A stretch of 17,647 bases of DNA from contig NW_021823766.1 of assembly GCF_006345805.1 (NCBI RefSeq), positions 1 through 17,647 of the forward strand, given 5' to 3'. The stretch comes from Octopus sinensis (Eukaryota). Position 1 is the stretch's first letter. Each line of letters begins with the position of its first letter. The position numbers and the translations under genes are program-made. Below, in pieces: positions 12,020 through 17,647 of the stretch. The notes under the pieces were generated by a model, which searched no databases, was not told the origin of the DNA, and saw only the letters and a list, made by a program, of their open reading frames with translations.

Positions 12020-12527
12020 CATCATCATCATCATCATCCTCATCATCATCCTCATCATCATCCTCATCATCATCCTCATCATCATCATCATCAACATCAT
12101 CATCATCATCCGTATCACCATCCTCCTCATCATCATCCTCATAATCATCATCCTCATAATCATCATCATCATCATCATCATCAATATCAACATCATCATT
12201 ATCATCACCACCACTATCCTCATCCCCACCGCCGCCGTTATCATCATCATCATCATCATCATCATCACCATCGATTTCGTCATCATCACCATCATCACCT
12301 ATTTTTGGTACATTTAGTACAGTCAACATTATGACCAGAACCCCTCCCGTCCCCCACCACACACACACACACACCTCAACCGCCGACGCACCGCTGACTC
12401 TCCCCCCCACTCTGCCATAATCACTGCAGAACACTTCAATCTCCACCACCACCACCACCACCACCACCACCAATACCACTACCATCACCACTACCATCAC
12501 CACTACCATCACCACTACCATCACCAA

Positions 12528-12578
<51 letters not shown>

Positions 12579-13557
12579 CACTACATACCGCCATCTCCCT
12601 TCCACCAACCGCATCATTTACAAAGCGATCTATAATTAGAAACAAAAGACGCCTTGTGTGTGTGTGTGCATGTGTCTGTGTATACCTGTGTATGTGTGCG
12701 TGCGCGCGCACGTGTTTGTGTGTGTGTGTGTGTGTGTGTATGTGTTGTATGTGTCTGTATGCGTTATATAGTGAGTGTGTGTGTACGGAGTGGGGGGGCG
12801 GAAGGAGCCCGGATGAATACGGAGGATTGTCGACCGTTCCGTTTTGAAGTGTCTTGTTATGACATTGCTAAATCACAAGAGATAAGACCTCTCCTTAATC
12901 ACCCGACCAACACCTGTCCATTCAATTGTCCACCCCCGTCTTCCTCTGCACTCTAGAGCAGCGCTTCTTAAACTACGGGTCGCGGGGCGAAATGTTGGGG
13001 CCGCGAAAATTAAATTCAAACAGTTGGCGTAGGAGTGGCTGTGTGGTAAGTAGCCTACGCGGCGAGCTGGCAGAAACGTTAGCACGCCGGGCGAAATGCT
13101 TAGCGGTATATCGTCTGCCGTTACGTTGTGAGTTCAAATTCCGCCGAGGTCGACTTTGCCTTTCATCCTTTCGGGGTCGATTAAATAAGTACCAGTTACG
13201 CACTGGGGTCAATATAATTGACTTAATCCGTTTGTCTGTCCTTGTTTGTCCTCTCTGTGTTTATCCCCTTGTGGGTAGTAAAGAAATAGGTAAATAGCCT
13301 CGCTCTTCTACAGAAAGGGACACAGAAAAAACAAGGAGAGAAACAAGGAGAGAAACAAGGAGAGAAAAGGAAATGTTAGCGCTAAGCAGTGTTTAAGCAA
13401 AATTTAGGTCAGTTGAAATATGTTTATGGCATATTCCAACTGCTAAAAGGTAAATTCACAGCAGTTACCGAAGGGAAATATAGCTCTCTTGTGGTAAAAG
13501 GTGTAAAAACACCTGCTTCGTTGTATATGTACATACATACATACATACATACATACA

Positions 13558-13589
<32 letters not shown>

Positions 13590-13979
13590 CATATACATAT
13601 ACACACATATATATGTATGTAAATGCATACATATATATATGCATATACACTCACATACACACACATACACACACACATATATATATACATATATACATAT
13701 ACATATTAAGTTAGACATGGCCTGGGCCAATACTGGCCAAAACCTTTCTAAGTTATTCAAGACACGTGGGCGGATGAGAAGATTACATAATGGCCTTTAT
13801 ACCTTTGGAATGCTGTTGTCTTCGAAACATCAGAGTAAAGTTTGTTAACATCTTGTTCGACTCCATTCATTTATTCACAACACACACTGCACACCCTTGG
13901 ACATCACACAATTTCTACCCATTTCACGAATTTTTCCATAAACATAGATAATTCATTCACCTATTTATGATATATATAT

Positions 13980-14026
<47 letters not shown>

Positions 14027-15436
14027 GTTGAATGATTATCCTATGTTTATCGTCAGCATGGAAAAATTCGTTTAACCGAAACCTGGGTAGCAAATTCACG
14101 TCAGAAACACGGTTGAAGCGACCTGTCCAAGGGTTCATGTGCAGAAATTTGTGTGTTGTATATGAATAAATGAAAGAATGGAGTCGAACGAAGATGTTAA
14201 CAAAATTCCTTTACTCTCGACATATGTTTCGAAGACAACATGTTTTCATTCCAAAGGAATAAAGGGTGCATTATGTAATCTTCTCATCCGCCCACGAACA
14301 TACATGCATAGACATAGAGATAAAAATACCCATCACAAACTCCCCAACAATCCATCACAAACAAATGAATTTCCTCCTGCGCCTTACCAACATTTCAAGA
14401 AATACGAACCCCACTTTACTGAAATAACACATAGAGCCTATGCAAAAATAGGATAGAGCTGACCAATGAACCAACAGGTGCATTCGACCACAGGTACACC
14501 AGCGGATATACCTTTTAAATATACGTGACCGTTACTTTTTTTACTTGTTTCAGTTATTTGACTGTGGCCATGCTGGAGCACCGCCTTTAGTCGAGCAAAT
14601 GGACCCCAGGTCCTATTCTTTGTAAGCCTAGTACTTATTCTATCGGTCTCTTAGGCCGAACTGCTAAGTTACGGGGACGTAAACACTCCACCATCGGTTG
14701 TCTTGAGCAAGAATTTTTCAACTCACGTTACTCTGTTCACCTGTTCAAGTAATGTCGATTTGATTGAAGGGAGTGGGCTATTAATTGTGCGGCGCAAACA
14801 TTTGATCACTATAACCGAATCATTTGTGCAGGGTGTTGGGCGAAAAAAAAAAAGAAAAAAATTTGGGGAAAAAGCTGATCGCTCGTTCGTCGTCTTCGAC
14901 GGGAGAGAGTCGATCGCTCAGCTTGTGCGCGATAATTTTATCTTGACAATTGGCGATGTCAAGTCTCCTCAAAATCTCCAGAGTCTTTCTTGGGATTCTT
15001 GCGGAATATAGGATGGTCACTTCTCTGGAGGTCGGATGTGCGAGTTTCAAGTATGGCGCCATTGTCTTACGATTAAAACAAATAAAAAAACCAACAATAA
15101 CATAACTTGAATTCGCAATCCCAAATTTATTAAAAGAATTGTTTGGAAAATAACACCACCACTACTACTATTGCTACTAATACTACTGCTGCTGCTGATG
15201 ATGATGATGCTAATTTTAACTGTGAAGACTGACACTCCTTTTCTTCCCTTGTGACCACACTTTCCTGAAAAAAAGAATCCAACCATCTCCCTTCATAATC
15301 GTTTTTAAGTATTATTTCCCTTCCTAACTCCGCTCTTCAGAGAAGGAGACATTTCCGACATATTTCAAAACTTCTTCCTTTTTATGGTCATTTCTTTTCA
15401 CGCTCTCTCTCTCTCTCTCTCTCCCTCCACTCATTC

Positions 15437-15478
<42 letters not shown>

Positions 15479-15495
15479 CTATCTGTCTGTCTGTC

Positions 15496-15546
<51 letters not shown>

Positions 15547-15573
15547 ATCTGTCTGTCTGTCTGTCTGTCTGTC

Positions 15574-15605
<32 letters not shown>

Positions 15606-15641
15606 ACTCTTTATCTATCTATCAATCTATCTATCTATCTA

Positions 15642-15689
<48 letters not shown>

Positions 15690-15786
15690 CTCTATCTATC
15701 TATCTATTTGCCTGTCTGTCTGTTTGATTGTCTGTCTATATAGGTATGTATGTATATTTCTTTCTTTCTTTCTTTCCTTCCTTCCT

Positions 15787-15821
<35 letters not shown>

Positions 15822-16614
15822 ATTCAGCTGAAAGGATAAATCAACGATATGAACTGACACAAATACTTTGTAAGCCAGTGTCACGTGCTCTCCCGATTAA
15901 CCCTTGATCAAACTGCTAGAAATAGCAACCAAATCACATCTCAGCCCTCTTAAAACAAAACAAAACAACAAAACAACAAAAATCAATCAAAACACTTTAA
16001 AATAGAGGACGCATTGTATAATGTAGTCCAGGTTACACTATGCTCAAATAGAAGTGGATATCATCATGGACATTAGGTTTCTGAATACAGATCAGCCCGA
16101 CTAATGGCTAAAATACAAGTTATAACAACAACAGCCTTTACATGTATTCAAAATATAAAACCTGATGAATTCTGGTTGCTTTGAAGAATAAACAAATAAT
16201 ATCAGAAGGTCCTCAGGTTGTTCGCTTTATTTTTGTTTCTTTCTTTTGTTTTGTTCTATATTTGAGAGACGAGGAATTACTCTTTTACTCTTTTACTCTT
16301 TTACTCTTTTACTTGTTTCAGTCATTTGACTGTGGCCATGCTGGAGCACCGCCTTTATAGTCGAGCAAATCGACACCCCCCCCCCAAGGAATTATTCTTT
16401 GTAAGCCTAATACTTATTCTATCGGTTTCTTGTTTGCCGAATCGCAAGTTGCGGGGACGTAAACACGTCAGCATCGGTTGTCAAGCGATGTTTGGTGGGG
16501 AGGGGGACAAACACACACACACACACACAGACACACACACCCAATAACACACATACACACACACCCAATAACACACATACACACACACCCAATAACACAC
16601 ATACACACACACCC

Positions 16615-16645
<31 letters not shown>

Positions 16646-17157
16646 TGCACGTGCACAGATATCACACGAAACACACCAAAATCCACGACCACCAATACCA
16701 ACACCAGACATCTCACCCTACTCACACATATACACCTCCGCCACCACCACCGCCACCATCCCCCACCACCAAGGTCGCTGCCGCATCCACACATATGCAC
16801 ATACTCAACTCTACAACGTAACACGCACACACACACATACACACACACACACTCACACACACTTCTTCACACACGCATACACACACTAAAAATATATCAT
16901 CACTACTACCACCCCACCCCCCCCCACCCCCACAGCACTATCTCCCCCCAACCCCCGCCACACGACACGAACAACGAGGGTGAACCCGTATGTGGTCGCT
17001 AGATCTGCTGGAAATAACAGCCAAAAGAACAGCGGAAGATATCAAATAAAGAGGACTTACAACGTAGATTCCAGATACGAATATTTTCTGCTCGTCGCCG
17101 CTGTCCACAGACGTATCATATTCTCCAAGGATCACTTGAAAGTTGTCCGGGTCAGCG
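2338..17157 (-). CDS. Chymotrypsin-like serine protease (peptidase S1A), 3' part of gene: join(complement(17061..17157,11502..11670,4586..4728,2338..2502)); 5' exons outside the window
   Basis: Hand translation. Four exons (97+169+143+165 nt) splice in frame with canonical ag/gt sites. The product has the Asp102 motif [11 protein letters not shown], the Ser195 motif CNGDSGG, SWG, six Cys in the positions of the 136-201, 168-182 and 191-220 disulfides, and a W-I C-terminal helix. Confidence 0.96.
2528..2670. repeat. Imperfect (TTA)n microsatellite
   Basis: Direct reading; lies just upstream (minus strand) of the last exon's acceptor. Confidence 0.95.
2671..2877 (+). mobile_element. Diverged tRNA-derived SINE, family A (AAGGCGGCGAGCTGGCAGAA head)
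   Basis: Colinear with the copies at 11166 and 13059 (gagttcaaatt B-box, ctttcatcctttcg, aaataagtaccagttacg). Confidence 0.85.
2878..2970. repeat. (ATT)n plus (GAGT)n tract; probable 3' tail of the minus-strand retroposon at 2950-3436
   Basis: Direct reading; reads (ACTC)n(TAA)n on the minus strand. Confidence 0.9.
2950..3436 (-). mobile_element. Retroposon with a family-A-like head (TACAAGGCGGCGTGCTGACAATCG...AAATGCTTAGC) and a LINE-3'-UTR-like body ending in (TAA)n
   Basis: The head aligns with the family A copies in this window and a simple-repeat tail is present. The body resembles a common octopus repeat (recall only). Confidence 0.6.
3437..3575 (+). mobile_element. tRNA-derived CORE-type SINE, family C, 3'-truncated, flanked by a perfect 16-bp TSD AGCACGCCGCCTTGTA (3421-3436, 3576-3591)
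   Basis: A box TGGCTTAGCGG, B box GAGTTCAATTCC, CORE-like TCCTTGAGCAAGACACTT; exact direct repeats on both sides. Confidence 0.88.
3592..3797. repeat. (CA)n/(CATA) microsatellite
   Basis: Direct reading. Confidence 0.95.
3881..4155 (-). mobile_element. tRNA-derived CORE-type SINE, family C, longer copy
   Basis: Reverse complement CACGTGGCTTAGTGGTTAGGGCATTCGG...GAGTTCGACTCCC...TCCTTGAGCAAGACACT aligns with 3441-3575 and continues ~140 nt further. Confidence 0.87.
4156..4577. repeat. Purine-rich (GA/GAA/GGA)n tract
   Basis: Direct reading; begins 8 nt from the donor site at 4585. Confidence 0.95.
4586..4728 (-). CDS. S1A protease exon: (S)[47 protein letters not shown]
   Basis: Acceptor gatccgcag|GT (phase 1), donor AAC|gtaagt (phase 0). 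LQEA...C...HLC pattern; 143 nt. Confidence 0.95.
4830..4935. repeat. (GTT)n/(GTTT)n microsatellite
   Basis: Direct reading. Confidence 0.9.
4946..7140. repeat. Satellite array: ~20 near-identical 98-bp higher-order units (7 x 14-bp monomers, ~5011-6981) with diverged 14-bp monomeric flanks
   Basis: Unit GAGTGTGGCATGTT-GCGTATGTTGCATT-GAGCGTGACATGTT-GAGTAGGGTGTATT-GAGTGTAGCATGYT-GAGTGTGGTGTGCT-GAGTGGAATGTGTT. The 98-aa periodicity in the spurious ORFs (3 units) confirms the period. Confidence 0.97.
7255..8000. repeat. Compound CT/CA/TA microsatellite field with an internal ~135-bp duplication (~7775-7860 vs ~7914-7995)
   Basis: The block ATATACGTAGACACACATAC...ACAATCACGCATACATATCCATACACACAC occurs twice. 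Confidence 0.9.
8061..8164. mobile_element. Possible hAT-type MITE remnant (three CGGGCCGCA motifs)
   Basis: CGGGCCGCA at 8061, 8092 and 8156, similar to subterminal motifs of hAT elements. No TIR or TSD found. Confidence 0.4.
8345..8540. repeat. (GA)n-rich tract
   Basis: Direct reading. Confidence 0.93.
8543..8715 (+). mobile_element. SINE family B, 3' half (TTGACAACCGAT...GGCGGTGCTCCAGC...ACAAGTAAAAGAGTAA)
   Basis: Colinear with three minus-strand copies at 10130, 14532 and 16277. Confidence 0.9.
8759..9745. repeat. 23-bp minisatellite, ~43 copies, CATAATCGCCTCCTACCTCCC(AA/AG/TA)
   Basis: Period measured from CATAAT at 8895 and 8918. Variation is concentrated in the last two positions. 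Confidence 0.97.
10130..10259 (-). mobile_element. SINE family B, diverged 3' fragment
   Basis: TTTAGTCGA..AAATCGAC...AAGCCTAGTACT..TTCTATCGG...GCTAAGTTACGGGGACGTAA matches the other copies. Confidence 0.85.
10448..10598. repeat. (TG)n/(TA)n microsatellite
   Basis: Direct reading. Confidence 0.93.
10600..10815 (-). mobile_element. Penelope-like element terminal fragment with a degenerate minimal hammerhead-like motif (10690-10726)
   Basis: Minus strand reads ..GTGGAGAA-GAGC-GTAG-GCTC-GAAACGT-T.., the CTGANGAA-stem-GAAACGT layout of PLE-associated mini hammerheads. A homologous fragment lies at 13297-13390. Confidence 0.6.
10816..11160. repeat. (TA)n-rich microsatellite
   Basis: Direct reading. 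Confidence 0.95.
11166..11250 (+). mobile_element. SINE family A, 5' part only
   Basis: AAGGCGGCGAGCTGGCAGAATCG...GCGAAATGCTTAGCGGTA...GAATTCAAATTCC. Confidence 0.85.
11502..11670 (-). CDS. S1A protease exon with catalytic Asp102: [56 protein letters not shown](S)
   Basis: Long polypyrimidine tract ending cttttggcag|CAT; donor GAC A|gtgagt; 56 codons +1 nt; DIAL and GWG motifs. Confidence 0.96.
11759..12300. repeat. (TCA/TCC)n trinucleotide array with an internal block duplication
   Basis: Direct reading. The block TCAACATCATCATCATCC..ATCACCATCCTCCTCATCATCATCCTCATAATC occurs near 11880 and 12092. Confidence 0.95.
12444..12585. repeat. (ACC)n/(ACT)n microsatellite with a 12-bp ACCATCACCACT higher-order unit
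   Basis: Direct reading. Confidence 0.92.
12655..12785. repeat. (TG)n microsatellite
   Basis: Direct reading. Confidence 0.93.
12959..13020 (+). mobile_element. Left end of a hAT (Charlie/Buster-like) non-autonomous element
   Basis: Starts CAGCGCTTCTTAAACT..GGGTCGCG, like hAT CAG-termini, immediately after CTCTAGAG (12951-12958), which fits the NTCTAGAN Charlie/Buster target site. No right end seen. Confidence 0.6.
13026..13056 (+). mobile_element. Isolated tRNA-like SINE head GGCGTAGGAGTGGCTGTGTGGTAAGTAGC (probably the family B 5' end)
   Basis: A-box-like TGGCTGTGTGG; truncated by the following SINE. The link to family B is from recall. Confidence 0.55.
13059..13290 (+). mobile_element. 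SINE family A, best-preserved copy in the window
   Basis: GCGGCGAGCTGGCAGAAACGTTAGCACGCCGGGCGAAATGCTTAGCGG...GAGTTCAAATTCCGCCGAGGTCGAC...; colinear with 2671-2877. Confidence 0.92.
13297..13390 (-). mobile_element. Second Penelope-like fragment (5' half of the hammerhead-like motif) with 3x 12-bp AAACAAGGAGAG
   Basis: GCCTCGCTCTTCTACAGAAAGGGACACAG..AAACAAGGAGA aligns with GCCTACGCTCTTCTCCACAAAAAGGAGCACTG..AAACAAGGAGA at 10704. Confidence 0.6.
13525..13705. repeat. (TACA)n/(TA)/(CA) microsatellite
   Basis: Direct reading. Confidence 0.93.
13765..14296. repeat. Long inverted repeat: arms ~13765-13968 and ~14019-14296 around an (AT)n centre
   Basis: The reverse complement of the right arm reproduces the left arm block by block (CGTGGGCGGATGAGAAGATTACATAATG, CCTTTGGAATG, TGTTGTCTTCGAAACAT, TTTGTTAACATCTT, GTTCGACTCCATTC, CCCTTGGACA, ACGAATTTTTCCAT, CCTATTTAT). 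Confidence 0.95.
14532..14703 (-). mobile_element. SINE family B, 3' half
   Basis: Close reverse complement of 8543-8715. Confidence 0.92.
15402..15820. repeat. Compound (CT)/(TATC)/(TCTG)/(TTTC)/(TTCC) microsatellite
   Basis: Direct reading. Confidence 0.95.
15880..16135 (+). mobile_element. Possible diverged SINE 3' fragment (CCTTGATCAAACTGCTAGAAATAGCA...AATGTAGTCC...ACAACAAC tail)
   Basis: Resembles a common octopus interspersed repeat from recall only; single copy in this window. Confidence 0.4.
16277..16650 (-). mobile_element. SINE family B 3' half with an (AAGAGTAA)4 tail and its adjacent (TG)-rich tract containing ~4 x 24-bp units
   Basis: Body 16309-16512 is colinear with the other B copies; TTACTCTT x4 at 16277-16308; CCCAATAACACACATACACACACA repeats at ~16540-16620. 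Confidence 0.9.
17061..17157 (-). CDS. S1A protease exon following the His57 exon: [33 protein letters not shown]
   Basis: Acceptor tttcaattccag|C (phase 2), donor GTT|gtaagt (phase 0). VILGEYD...EQ matches the 'V.LGEHD....EQ' segment of S1A proteases. Confidence 0.93.
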
Positions 17158-17221
17158 CTGGAATTGAAACCACTTCATTAGGGTTTGAAACTTCGAAAGC
17201 ATTTGATGTGTACTTATAGTT

Positions 17222-17360
17222 TACACACACACACACACACACACCACACACACATGCACACACAACACACACACATACATACACACACACACACGCACGC
17301 ACACACACGCACGCACACACACGCACGCACGCGCGCACACACACACACGCACACGTATAT
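17222..17360. repeat. (CA)n/(CACG) microsatellite
   Basis: Direct reading. Confidence 0.93.
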
Positions 17361-17647
17361 ATACAAGGAAAATAAGACAATGCTAAAATGATTTTATCAT
17401 GAAGAACATTTTAGTGCCGGTTTCTACCTTTGCGACTTTTTCAACTTTCAGTTAGAGGGCTCGCACTTTCTATGGTCATTCAAAACCGTCCAAGGGTGGT
17501 CGTGCATATCTTTACATTTCCCGTCACCTGCAAAGCCATTAAAAAATCAATAGAAGTGACTTTTTTGTGAATTTTTCTATCCAAAACCCAATCAAAATGC
17601 CCGAAACTTGATACCCAATTGAATGCCAGCTAGCTGTATGTGATTTG

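Noticed and set aside
11628-12617. 329-aa poly-Asp/Glu/Val ORF and overlapping poly-Met/Ile ORFs
   Set aside because: Trinucleotide microsatellite translations; open in several frames on both strands, with no domain.
17392-17647. Possible DNA-transposon internal fragment
   Set aside because: It looks non-random, but I found no terminus, TSD, ORF or second copy in the window.

Overview
Repeat-dense eukaryotic genomic DNA. The SINE families, extreme microsatellite load and Penelope-type fragments look like an octopod (Octopus-like) genome; this assignment is from recall of such repeats, not a search. The window holds the last four coding exons of a minus-strand chymotrypsin-like serine protease (MEROPS S1A): 17157-17061, 11670-11502, 4728-4586 and 2502-2338. 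All splice sites are GT-AG, intron phases are 2/0/1/0, and the spliced frame is open: [33 protein letters not shown]|[56 protein letters not shown]|[48 protein letters not shown]|[54 protein letters not shown]. The IVGG and His57 exons lie beyond the right edge. The ORF track almost entirely misses this gene, and nearly all its long ORFs are repeat artefacts. The introns carry a 98-bp (7x14) higher-order satellite with monomeric flanks, a G-rich 23-bp minisatellite, several tRNA-derived SINEs (including inverted pairs and one insertion with a 16-bp TSD), Penelope-type fragments with a degenerate hammerhead-like motif, hAT-like ends, and a ~530-bp inverted repeat centred on (AT)n with one deletion-riddled arm. 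I found no clearly new biological system; the best leads are listed as findings.
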